Below are positions 1-13,400 of a stretch of DNA of 64,000 nt, piece after piece (the stretch's first letter is position 1; each line of letters begins with the position of its first letter). Both the position numbers and the translations under genes were made by a program. The notes under the pieces are model-generated. The model was not told where the DNA came from and did not search any database. It saw only the letters and a program-made list of their open reading frames with translations. Origin of the DNA: Octopus sinensis (lineage: Eukaryota); contig NC_043021.1 of the NCBI RefSeq assembly GCF_006345805.1, forward strand, positions 20,336,001-20,400,000, read 5' to 3'.

Positions 1-29
1 TTAGCCCCTTGTGGGCAAAAAAAAAAAAA

Positions 30-430
30 TATTGTAGTGAAACATGGGACCTGAATGCAGAGGACCTATGAAGACTAGAAAGGAACAAAGTAAGCATGCT
101 CTGATGGATGTGTAATGTCAGTGTACACGAACAACAAGGTACAACTGTGTTGAGAGTAAAAATAGGGTACAGGAGGAATCAGATGTAGTGTGCAAGAGAG
201 AAGACTGGAATGGTTCGGTCATGTGATGCATAAAGACAAGGACAGCTGTAAAAAGAAATACTAATTATTTATAGTGGTTAGAACCAATGGAAGAGGAAGA
301 CACATGAAAACGTGGGATGATCTCAGGATGTGGGACCTCAAGGAGAAGATAATTGGTGATACACAATACTTGTGAAGACCTTAACTATGCCAATACAACA
401 TGGCTAAAGTTCAAAATGTATAATATGAAT
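30..430 (+). mobile_element. Decayed RTE LINE 3' fragment; similar fragments at about 21780-22130 (-), 29200-29520, 47540-47800, 48190-48490, 48880-49345 and 50780-51270
   Basis: Frameshifted remnants resembling MLRWMCNV..., W.GHV.R and GRGRP motifs. Boundaries approximate. Confidence 0.6.
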
Positions 431-2075
431 ACACATGGATGGGATCTTACCTGGTGTCCTTGTCAAGGGTTCAACAGCTCCTGCCCCTCTCACCATATTT
501 ACCGAAATTTTTATCATCATTCAAACCCACACCTCTGTTATTCATCTACTCATGTAAAATACAAAGTAGCCATGAGTCTCCCTGCCCCCACAACAAATCT
601 GATCCTACTTCACCCATCGTACATTAACCCTTCAACACTGTACAAACGACCACTCTATCTCCTATTCTCCCTTTCAGGCAAGGGCGTTTCTTAGTCCTGC
701 AAATAAGAAGATAACCTCACTGGTGATGGTGTCATGGGAGGGAAAAAAAAAGCATCCAGCACTCTGAGTAAAGTGGTTGGCATTGACCATCCTCATCCTT
801 TGAGGTGGTTGAACCACCAATTCCCAACCAGCATAGTCTGTATTATTCATCCATTTGAGTGCAGAATGCAAAATGTGGTTCCTGAGACCTCCATTCAGGA
901 GATCTTCCTGAGTCACTATCTCACCCTTGTGTGCCAATCCATCACAAGGTTACCTATTTACAGCTGAGTGGACTGAAGTAAAATGAAAGGAAGTGAATTT
1001 TTTTTCGAGAATACAGTATGCCACCAGGTCTGGGAATTGAACTCATGATTTACTGATGGCGAGTACAACATCCTAACCACTCGACCATGTGCTGGCATTA
1101 GGAAGGGCATCCAGGCATAGAAACTGTATCACAAACGAAGCACTGGGGCAAGACATGGTCCCCCTGACTCTTTGGATTCTGTCGAAATGGTAAAAACCAT
1201 GCCAGTATTGGAAAGGAGACATACAAAAAGAGTGTTGACGTTGGTGACAATTCCTCATATACCCAATTTTTCTCTTGGCTTATTTGTGCTCCATTGTTCA
1301 TGTAGACCAGTGCTTTTCAACATTTTTGCTGGAGTGGAACCCCAAGGAAACATTCCACTGGCTCGAGGAACCCCTGTGCAATAATTTAATAGTCTTATGC
1401 ACACATATCTGCACAGGAGAATTAAAAATTACTGTCGATTTTAGCAGTTTTGTAACTTCTTGCGGAACCCCTGGACTGTACTGGCGGAACCCTGGTTGAA
1501 AACCACTGATGTACACTAACAATTTGCATCCAGCAGACATGCTCATTAAATTTCTAAACAAATCCCAACACCTCCTTCATTTTCAATGTCAACACTGCCA
1601 TCAAGAGATATTGCACTTGTGTGTGTGTGTGTGTTCATTACTGTCTCCTTACTTTGACATCAAATAACAGTTGTAAATGGGTGCCTTCATCATCGTTCAA
1701 ACAGTATCCTTTGTTTCTAATCTTCCCTGAAAAACATGTTTGGTCATGAGGAAACATTACTTTGCCTGGAAACAGGCGAGGCTTGGCAACAAGAAGGGCA
1801 TCCAGCTGTAAGAATTCTATCTGATTTGTGTGAACATGGAAAATTGGGTGTTAAATGATGACTTGTTTCAGTCATTAGACTGTGGCCATGTTGGGGCATA
1901 GCCTCGAAGAAATTTTAGTTGAATGAATCGACCCCGGTACTTGTTTTTCTTTAAGCCTGGTACTTATTCTATCAATCACTTTTGCTGAGCCACTAAGTTA
2001 TGGGGACATAAACACATCGACGCTAGTTGTCAAGGGTGGTGGGGAACAGACACAAAAATACACACACACACACAC

Positions 2076-2120
<45 letters not shown>

Positions 2121-2398
2121 TCATCATCATCGTTTAATGTCCGCTTTCCGCGCTAGCACGGGTTGGACGGTTTGACCGGGTCTGGGAAGCCAGGGGCCGC
2201 ACCAGGCTCCAGTCTGAATCTGGCAGAGTTTCTACGGCTGGATGCCCTTCCTAACGCCAACCACTCCGTGAGTGGATTGGGTGCTTTTTACGTGCCACCT
2301 GCACAGGGGCCGGAGGGTCCGGCATCGTCACGATCGGTTCGAGCATTTTAACGTGTCAGCGGCACGGGGGCAACGAGGTCCGGGGTACTTTGGGGATC

Positions 2399-2443
<45 letters not shown>

Positions 2444-3445
2444 AGGGCAAGACCACTAGGTAGTCGGCCGTATGCTAGAAATAGATCACCTACGATCAAA
2501 CTACAAAGAATGTTCTCTAGAGGAAAATACAGCGGACACCAGAACAATAGGCAGGCAAGACAGATGAAAAATATATATATATATATACACATATACATAC
2601 ACACATACATATATGGACTTCTTTCAGTTTCTATCTACCAATTCCACTCACAACTCTTTGGTTGGCCCAAGGCTATAATAGAACACACTTGCCCAAGGTG
2701 CAATGAAGTGAGTCTGAAACCAGAACCATGTGGCTAAGGAAGCAAGCTTCAAACCACACAGCCACGCCTGCACCTATAACCTATGCTGTATATGAATAAT
2801 TCAATTTAGAATGAAGAATCCAAAGTAAGAAGTTTAAATATATAAATATAGTATACACAACAAAAGTGGCTTTACCATTTATCCTTACAAATCCAATAAA
2901 ATAAGTACATACAAAGCATTTGGGTTTGATATAACCAACTACATTCTTGGAAGCTGTGGAAGCACTCCGTCGGTTACGACGACGAGGGTTCCGGTTGATC
3001 CGATCAACGGAACAGCCTGCTCGTGAAATTAACGTGTAAGTGGCTGAGCATTCCACAGACACGTGTACCCTTAACGTAGTTCTCGGGGATATTCAGCATG
3101 ACACAGAGAGTGACAAGGCCGGCCCTTTGAAATACAGGTACAACAGAAACAGGAAGAAAGAGTGAGAGAAAGTTGTGGTGAAAGAGTACAGCAGGGATCA
3201 CCACCATCCCCTGCCGGAGCCGCGTGGAGCTTTAGGAGTTTTCGCTCAATAAACACTCACAACGCCCGGTCTGGGAATCGAAACCGCGATCCTATGACCG
3301 CGAGTCCGCTGCCCTAACCACTGGGCCATTGCGCCTCCACATGACGCTGTACTTGAGCACTGTCACAGTCCATTGATCTGGATCTCGTAAAAGAATAAAA
3401 GAGCTTGGTATATTTTAAAGACGTAAATTTAATCAGCATACTCAC

Positions 3446-3670
3446 AGATTTTGCTTGAACATAAGCTTCTTCCCTGCGAGTTAAATAACTGCGCAAATTC
3501 ATCAATTCTTCTTTCAATTTGAACATTTCTAAAGGTTGACTATTTGTATATGAAGAGTATAAAGGTGAATGTGGCCCACCACCACTCTGTGGTGACATTG
3601 AATTTAGCTCAGTATAAGCAGGCATAGCAAACATTCCTGGGTTCGGTTGACTTAGGAACGCTGCAGCAGT
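3446..3670 (-). CDS. unk: unkempt exon (225 nt, phase 0 to 0): [19 protein letters not shown]...[28 protein letters not shown], start of the coiled coil
   Basis: Acceptor ttttttttaccag, donor gtgagt at 3445; the end matches the ..EE...QAK boundary of UNK. Confidence 0.92.
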
Positions 3671-6600
3671 CTGGTAAAAAAAATTAAAGAAAAAAAAAAA
3701 TCATAAGAGATGGTCTTTTCTTTTTTTATTTGCTGATACAGGAATAGGTGGAATTCTAATTTAAACACACCATATAATGTCTTTGTTTTTTTTTTTATTA
3801 CTTTTTGAAATTTTCAGAAAATTTTTACAAATTTGGGATCTTTCCTGTTTGGTTGGTTTTCTGTTTGGCTGTCATGGTTACGTCTCATTCAGAGATTTAT
3901 TTATTGCTTGTCATGGTTAATTTCTGTTCAAATTGATTTCATATTCAGTGTAACAAAACAATGCCATGAAAATCCTTTTCACCATAAATCATTAAATAAA
4001 GAATTATTAGATATCAAAGTTTGAAAATTTTGGGTAATTTTAGCCAACCGTAAGCCACAGACACATCCATGTCCGTTTCCATAGTAACAAACCAAACATG
4101 AGAACTCCTTTGTCTGCGAGAAAGCACATGTCGACTGATATGTTCCAGTCAATGAGATGGTTGTCATACGTACTAAAAACAGCAGCCAAATAAGCATTAA
4201 ATCACATACCAGAGGAAGATGTGGTGTTGTACTTGCAAGTAAAGGGTGCTATGCCCAAATGAAGATTATGCAAAACGAAGAAGCATTTTATGAGTACAAG
4301 AAAACGAGGTGGCAATATGTATTGGCATCACACGTGTGCAGGATGCATGGAGTGTGTGTCAGTGAGAAAAGACACGTGGTTTGAAGGTGGCACCCTTCCT
4401 CTTGGGAATGAAATGCTTTTCATTTGTAGCTGTGATACCAGTGCCGGTGGCACGTAAGAGAACCATCCGAACGTGGCCGTAGCCAGCACCGCCCGACTGG
4501 CCTCCGTGCCGGTGGCACGTAAAAAGCACCATCCGACCGTGGCCGTTGCCAGCTTCATCTGGTCCCCGTGCCAGTTGCAAGTAAAAAGCACCATCCGATT
4601 GTGGCCGTTTACCAGCCTCGTCTGGCACGTAAAAAGCACCCACTACACTCACGGAGTGGTTGGCGTTAGGAAGGGCATCCAGCTGTAGAAACACTGCCAG
4701 ATCAGACTGGAGCCTGGTGCAGCCTCCTGGCTTCCCAGATCCCAGTTGAACCATCCAACCCATGCCAGCATGGAAAGCGGACGTTAAATGATGATGATGA
4801 ATGGGTTAAGGAATTGACTTCAGTCCAGTTTTGTGGTGAAGAACTGGGGACGAGCCATTGCACAGCTGTTGATTATAACAGCTTTGTTAGCGAAGTATGT
4901 GCAGGGGGGGGGGGGCTTGCTCCATTATCCAGTTAAGGTTGGAGATGTTTGTTTTTTTAAAATATCTAATTTGTAATGTGCTATTTCGTTTTTGGATAAA
5001 TCTTTCAAGTTTGTGCTGTTTACTGCATTAAATGCAGACTGAATGCTGAAAACTACAAAATACATGTTGTTTACTCATTCTGTCATTGAGGTGGTTGTGA
5101 GGTGTGCTAAAAATAACAGCTAAACAGGCCTTAAATCATGCACCTCCACAATATTTGGGGGTGGGGGCATAATCATACGAATTCTCACAAGTAGAATACA
5201 AATTTGCAAAACTTTTCTGAAAACTCCCAAAACTAAAAATGCTATGAGTGGTTAATATGTCATGCATAATTCAATTGTTTACAGCTTCCTATAAAAACAC
5301 AAGTACTATTTTCAGCATGTTGACAAAATGTGTAGTCATGCACAAAATGACAGCCACCAAATCCTGTTTCCTGACTGGGTGAAAAATTATCAAACTTTAA
5401 AACTTCAACAACTCTTTTTAAAAAGTTTTCTGGAAAAAGTGAAATAATTCAGTTGGGAAATCTACATTAATGTACCAAATTAAAAAATTTTCAATAAACT
5501 TTGATTTTTGAAATCCTGGCATCCAAACAGAAAAGATCCCAAATTTGTATGCTACAAATGGGGATTCATACGTTTGTGAGGAGAAGGCATGATTTAAGGG
5601 CAATTTAGCTGTTGTCTTTAGCACATCTCACGACCACCCGACACCCTCCTCACTGTCTGTATTTTAAATTCTGATTTAAGTTCATTATTATTATTTAAAC
5701 GATTTAACCAGAACAAAAGTATCCATGGCTGCCATGTTGTTGTTTAACACCGAGTCTGTTCTGATCAAGCAGAATTATCATGAAACACACTCCAGCCATG
5801 GTGGCCGATCTGCCTTTGCTCAGATAGTGTGTCTAGACTAAGATAATGTAATAAAATACAAAGTCTGTCCTGATCAAGCAAACTCATGATCAAAGAATGA
5901 TCAAAGACATTCCAGCCATGGTGGCCAACCTGTCTTTTGTTCAGACAGTGTGTTTCGAATTATAACCTAGATACTCTAGGTTATAATTTTAAGTAATTAT
6001 TACCTTTGAAGGTTTTTATTCCCATGCTGGCCACCTGAGAAGATCGGTATTTAAATATCGATCTTATCCTTACTTCTATAAATTTGTGTGTGTGTGTGTA
6101 TAGATAACAAAAATCAATTTTTACTTGATCCAATGGCTCTGCAGGAACAGTTTTTGGTTGCTGGGTCAAAGGAAGCTGTGGTATTAGCCCGGCAGGGGTT
6201 GTGCTAAAACTACCAAAGGGGGAGGTTGGTGACTGTGACAGACTGCCAATGCTGCCTCGTTGGATACCACGAGGAGGAATACTAACCGGAACAGATGTGG
6301 CTCCAAAGCAACCTGAAACAAAGAGAGAGAGAGAGACACAGTTTTACAGTATTTCACAAACCACACCAAGCGACAATGAATAAATATGTAAGCATGTATT
6401 TAGGGGACAGACATTGGTGAAGTGGTAAAGGAGTTCATTTCAAAAGCTTGTGGTTTTAGATTTTACCTTAGGCAAGTGTTGTCTGCTATTGCCTTGGAGG
6501 GACCAATACCTATTTCTTTACTACCTACAAGGGGCTAAACATAGAGGGGACAAACAAGGACAGACATAGGTATTAAGTCGATTACATCGACCCCAGTGCG

Positions 6601-7400
6601 TAACTGGTACTTAATTTATCGACCCCGAAAGGATGAAAGGTAAAGTCGACCTCGGCGGAATTTGAACTCAGAACGTAACGGCAGACGAAATATCGCTAAG
6701 CATTTCGCTCGACGTGCTAACGTTTCTGTCAGCTCGCCGCCTTATTGGAGGGACCAGTACCATGCAGGGGAAATGTGTGTGTGTGTCTATATATATGGAT
6801 GTATGTGCATATATACATTTCTCAAAATGCAAGTATAGGACTGCCCTGCCTAGTATAGGTGTACCAGCAGAGGTGCCACCTCCTACGAACAAAACAGGAT
6901 TGCAGGAGCACAAAGAAAACGTGAGCTGTGCAAGTCCAGAGTCAACTCCAATGCCTGACCTGCAGCAGAACCTTCTGAGCATGCAGTGGCCTGATTGGTC
7001 GCAGGCAGACACCCTGACCCATCTTCTCTCATGCGATGTCCTTGGTCATTGTCAATGATGACAAACATTATGTATAGTTTGTATGTGAGCATATATATAT
7101 ATGTGTAGAAGCGTAATGGCCCAGTGGTTAGGGCAGCAGACTCGTGGTCATAGGATTGCGGTTTTGATTCCCAGACCGGGCGTTGTGAGTGTTTATTGAG
7201 CGAAAACACCTAAAGCTCCACGAGGCTCTGGCAGGGGGTGGCAATCCCTGCTGTACTCTTTCGCCACAACTTTCTCTCACTCTTTCTTCTGTTGGCCTGC
7301 TCGCTTAGCCAGCAGGGTGGCATCATTTGAAGGTTAAAACAATGCGAAGCACATTGTGAACAGCGATGTGTAGCAACATCTGATAGCCTGGTCGGTCACG

Positions 7401-7439
<39 letters not shown>

Positions 7440-10400
7440 GTTATGGCTTTTCCCAGTCAAGGTTGGCTGTAGGGTGTTCCTTTCCCAGTTGACATGAAGG
7501 ATGCTTACAGCCATTGGAATTAGAGGAATGGCGTGAAGGGTGATGTGCGCAGGAAAGGCATGAAGGGTGATGTGCCTTTGGAGCAAGAAAGAGGAGTTAA
7601 ACTGGAAGACAGGAGGAGATGGGGAGCAGTGATTTGGCCACATCTGCTGACCCATAAATAGGAGGGTGTTTACAGTTAAGGGTTGAAAAACATCCGATGA
7701 ACATTGGATTCCATCTGATGACAACAGTTCCTCCTGGCCAAACCTCCATTCACTTTGGTGAATGGAAAAAGTATCTCTTTCTAGACATCCCATAAATAAT
7801 GCAGTTTTTTTCAATTGCATGAACTAAAAGTCGGAGGGGGATGAGATAAACTACCTGCATCAACTTGCTATCAAAGCAGGAAGTAGTTTTACCTTGCCCT
7901 TATTCGTAGTGCAAGTTTTGAAGAGAGCAGTTCAATTTTAACAGTTATTGTTTCAAAGCTATAATGGAAATGACAAAGGAGCATATTTGGCATATTGTGC
8001 TTTGTAAGTTCAATAAAGGCAACAACACAATGGAAAGTACGAGGAATATTAATACAGTACATGGGGATCGGGCAATAAGCATAATCCAGTGTCAACAGTG
8101 GTTCCAGAAATTTTGAGCTGAAAACTACATCCTAGAAGATGAGCCTTGTTCTGGAAGATCTGTAGAGCTCAACAAGGATGTCCTGTAAATCCTAGAGGAA
8201 CAAAATTGCATTGTAACTGTTGAGGAACTAGCAGAGAAGCTTAGATTTGGTCTTTCAACCATCCACTGACACCAGTGCTAGAAGAAAAACAACCATCTTT
8301 GGTTTCAAGACAAAAGGTGTTCTTCCCTTGGGATAATGTTCATCCACATATATTGAGGATGACATCCCAAAGGCTGGAGCAGTTTCAATGGGAAACGATG
8401 CCCCACCCATTGCCCATTTTGATTATCATTTATTCCACAGTAATCAGAATTATTTGGATGGTAAAATTATGAATTCTGTAGATGAGGTCAGAACAGTACT
8501 GGAAGAGTATTTTTCGTCAAGGACAAGTGAATTTTGGAATAGGGTCCTTCCAAGTCTACCAGATAGATGGAAGGGCATTGTAGAAGGGGAGTATATTTTA
8601 GATTAAAAAAGAACTTTGTTTAATTTTGAAAAATAAAAGTATAAAAAAAAACACATTATTTATGGGATGACCCAATATGTGTATGTGTGTGTGTGTGAAT
8701 GTGAAGGCACATGGCTTTGTGGTTAGGGTGTTGTACTCATGATTGTGGCTTTGATTCCCAGACTGGGAGTTGTGTTGTGTTCTTGAGCAAAGCATTTCCT
8801 TCCATGTTGCTCTGCAATCATTTCATCATCTGAGACGAGGCACACGGTGCACCTGTACAGGTAATGTCAATTTGATGGAGGGAGTGAGCTGATGTGGACA
8901 CAAACATTTGATCCCTATAAACAATGCTCAGCAAGAAACTGCCAAATCCTCTGCATGGTTTTTCAGTAATTAATTTGCCTGACCCCTTGCCTGTTCTATG
9001 CATCACCTCTGATACACAGAGAACATATTTCTTTGCCATCCAGGATCTTTTCGGTTTGAACGGCAGTTTTAGTTTTTAACATAATTTTTAGGTAACTAAA
9101 AAAATTTAAACTTCGTATACTGGTAGAATGTATTTATAAAACATCTTTTTCTCTTGGCTTTATTGAGAAAATTCTATAGTTTGTAAGATATTTGGGTTTT
9201 TTTTTTCTTCAATTTCTGCAATTTCAACCAATCAGTGACGTCTATTGAGTTAAAAAGCATTCTGTGCCGTATGAATATGTCCCTTGTTTAAGAAGCAGAT
9301 TGGGTTTATTTACATTTGTGAAGAAAAAAAAAGATACCCTTCCCCTAACCCTAAAAGAGATTGAAATGCAATAGATTGATTCTAGGGTCATAATTATGGG
9401 TGACACTTTCATATGACATTGCTAGAAAACATTGCCGTTCAAGCTGAAAAGATCCGTCATCCACAATATGCAGTCCCTTTTTTTTTTTTTCATTTTTTTT
9501 CAACAACTAGAGTAACTTGAGACTTATGAAAGGAAAGCTTTATATCATTCAAAAACATATGAAACAAGGGTTAACTAAACAAGCATGGAGGTTTCAGACA
9601 AACGTACGAAAATGCTTCACACAGGCAAAAGGTTACTATCCATTACCTCGTGATAGTACAAGTTTGACGAGGACTTATTAGAGATAGGATCCTATGGCCA
9701 ACCATAAGAGAGAAGTTCTTTGTGTGTATGTGTGTGTGTGTGCGCCAAAAGTCAGCCACCAAAACATTTGTATTCATTGTTATTTTATTCAAGTGTTGTT
9801 TTTGAAATGTGCAATGTTTATGCATTGAGATTTAATTTGGTGCATGACTTTTGGCCCTCCCCTCCCCTCCATACAAATGGAGATGAGATCTCCACAAGCT
9901 AGAGTGATCTGGAAGAAACAAAAGAACTTGATACAGAATAGCAAGAGAGTTCTGGCACAAACAATCTCTCTTGTGTTCAGAGCAGGAAGGAATACGTTCA
10001 GTACATCCTGTAAAGCTGTTGGTGACAGGAAAAAACAACAACAACAACAAAAAAAAAACATAACATACACAAACTAATGATATGGACAGGTTTTTACTGT
10101 TGTTGATAAAAGGCCATGAGACAATGTTGCGGTGGAGCAGAGTTGTCCAATCAAAGCTAGTGCAGAGAAATGGAAATGATAGTCGTAATGAAATATGATA
10201 CACACAGACATAGATTAGTGTCAGATTAGATTCAAGCGAGATCATTGCCAGTACCGCCTGACTGGCCCCCGTGCCGGTGGCACGTAAAAGGGCACCATTC
10301 GAGCATGATCGTTACCAACATCGCCTTACTGGCACCTGTGCCAGTGGCATGTGTAAAAAGATTCAAGCGAGGTCATTGCCAGTACTGCCTGACTGGCCCC

Positions 10401-13400
10401 CATGCCGGTGGCACGTAAAAAGCACCCACTACACTCTCAGAGTGGTTGGCATTAGGAAGGGCATCCAGCAATAGAAATTCTGCCAGATCAAGATTGGAGC
10501 CTGGTGCAGCCATCTGGTTCACCAGCCCTCAGTCAAAATCGTCCAACCCATGCTAGCATGGAAAGTGGATGTCAAACGATGATGATGATGAGGATGATGA
10601 TTAGTGTCAGTAAGTTTAAGAATTCAAATATTTGAGAAGCAGTCCTTTCATGTTAGGTCTAGTGTTATTTACTGTATATGGAGGTGGAATCCATTCACTT
10701 CCTGTTTGTTCCTCTGCATAGACATGTGATACAACTCAGATCAACTTGAGCCACTTCAATTTCTCTCTCTCTCATCTTACTCTCTTTCCGTACCTGTATT
10801 TCCCAAATCACACCTCCACTTTTGTTCATCAATCACTTACATTCACCTCTACCCTTATTTCTTACCATCTCTTAATCTCCCACATACCACCTTCTTTTAT
10901 CTTGAGATCATCTGGCATCTGGTCACCACCATCTCTTATCCACATTTATATAATGCAGGCTAGCTATGAATCTCCTTTACGACAGCAACAACACAAAGGC
11001 ATGTCTCTCTCTAACGCATTTTAGCCTCTCAACACCCAGCATACAACCATCTTATATCTTTACTACCCACAAGGGGCTAAACACAGAGAGGACAAACAAG
11101 GACAGACAAACGGATTAAGTCGATTATATCGACTCCAGTGCGTAACTGGTACTTATTTAATCGACCCCGAAAGGATGGAAGGCAAAGTTGGCCTCGGCGG
11201 AATTTGAACCCAGAACGTAACGGCAGACGAAATACCACTAGGCATTTCGCCCGGCGTGCTAACGTTTCTTATTTCTTTACTGCCCACAAGGGGTTACACA
11301 CAGAGGGGACAAACAAGGACAGACAAACAGATTAATTCGATTATATCGACCCCAGTGCGTAACTGGTACTTATTTAATCAACCCCGAAAGGATGAAAGGC
11401 AAAGTCGGCCTCGGCGGAATTTGAACTCAGAATGTAACGGCAGACGAAATACCACTAGGCATTTCGCCCGGCGTGCTAACGTTTCTGCCAGCTTGCCGCC
11501 TTCTCCCCATCTCTCAATATACCTGTCACCACTTTTGCCTTCCCCCCACCCCCCTCTTTCTTGATTTGCAAGGTAACTGGTGACTTCACTATTGCTTGTG
11601 GGAATGAAAAAAACACCCAGTATACACTGGGTAAAGCAGCTGGTATTAGAAAGAGCAACCAGCTGTGTAAACCATGCCAAAGCTGACAGTGACGCATGAC
11701 TTGACTCTGTGAAAATGTCCAACCTATGCCAGTAAGGACAACAGTTGTTAAACGATAATTGATTTTCTCTTAATCAACCTGTTACTATTTTATCACTGAA
11801 GGTAGTAAGCAGGCAGAATTGTTAGAACGCTGGGCAAATTGCTCAGCAACATTTCATCTGCTTTTATGTTCTGAATTCAAATTCTGTCAAGGTCAACTTT
11901 GCTTTTCATCCTTTCAGGGTCGATAAAATAAGTTTCAGTTTAGCACTGGGGGGGTCAATGTAACCGACTTAACCCCTTCTCCAAAACTGTTCGCCTTGTG
12001 CCAAAATTTGAAATCAATATTTTATCACTCAATAAATAGTTGTAATATTAAATCAAGAAAAAACTATAGTTTGGGGCCCTAGCATAAGCTAGTTATTTCA
12101 TGTTTAAATGAGTAATTCTGCTGCATCAGACACAATGTCTTTCATAATTAATACATCCCTGAGGTCACTGTATCTCACAAGAAACTCTCTGGCTATCATG
12201 ATTTATACCCACATCTGCCCTAAAAGGACATGCAGCACTAAGGAAATTCGTTTAGGGGTTCTCAGCTTAGTGGTGGTTGCTTGCTTCAAGAAATCTGAAA
12301 GATGCCTATATCAGCTGATTAAATCTTTGAAAGATTATGAAAACCATAATTGATCTTGGTAGAATTTGAACCCACCACAAGATATTTTGCTCAAAGCTCT
12401 GATGATTCTATCAATCTACTGTCCTCCCACAACATCCTCTGTATCTTGTGTTGTGTCTCTCTTGCAGATGACACCATGCCTATATGGTTTGAAGAACTAA
12501 ACAAAGGAAGAATTTGTAAATGTAAAAATGGCGTTAGGAAGGGCATCCAGCTGTAGAAACTCTGCCAAATCAAGATTGGAGCCTGGTGCAACCATCTGGT
12601 TCGCCAGCCCTCAGTCAAAATCGTCCAACCCATGCTAGCATGGAAAGCGGACGTTAAACAATGATGACGATGATGATGATGATGTAAAAAGATATAATGT
12701 TAATAATGATAATAATAATGGTTTCAAATTTTGGCACAAAGCCAGCAATTTTGAGGGAGGGGTAAGTTGATTAGATTGAGACCCCACTGTCCAACCGGTA
12801 CTTATTTTATTGTCCTTGAAAGGATGGAAGGCAAAGTGAACATCAGAATGTAAAGATGGACAAAATGCTACTAAACATTTTCCCCCAGCATGCTAACAAT
12901 TCAGATCACCACATTAATGATAATAATAACCTTCTTAGACCGAGGGCCTTAAATTTTGAAGGCAGGGACATCTGATCTGAGTGAACTCATGGTTTAACTG
13001 GGACTTATTTTTATTTACAGTAGAATGAAAGGCCAAGCAGGTCCTGGTCAAATTTCAACACAAAACATAAAAGAAAGACACTAAATACTACATACTCTAC
13101 TAATTCTGTTACTGCTAATAAAAATTTTAAAAAATACTGACTTCCAACAGAGGTACAAGGCCACATATTTTAGTGCAAAAACAATTGATCATACTACCCC
13201 ATAACCCCACCCTGCCCTGCTCAACTGGTACTTATTGAAATTTAAATTCAATGTAAATCGGTGAAAGCATTTAATCTAGTTCTCTACCAATTTTGTGAAG
13301 ATTGTTGAACAAAAGAAGTCACAAAGGCTTAATCCATAGCTTGGTTTAACACTGCCGCTTGGTCTTTGGGTATTTTTAGCAGAGCCCACACATACCACTG

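Noticed and set aside
3314-3445. Extension of ORF 3314..3634 beyond QAKS
   Set aside because: A strong gtgagt donor lies at 3445, and the extension runs through intron into a SINE head.
1-3445. Search for the next unk exon (ACDAWK-like) and the RING
   Set aside because: Only repeats and non-coding sequence seen; these exons presumably lie below coordinate 1.
5752-5965. ~100-bp diverged tandem duplication
   Set aside because: Part of an old repeat family seen elsewhere in the window; no sign of function.
6668-7209. Overlapping ~110-aa ORFs in a GC-richer patch
   Set aside because: No recognisable homology, partly made of SINE and TA sequence, and no convincing splice pair in unk phase.
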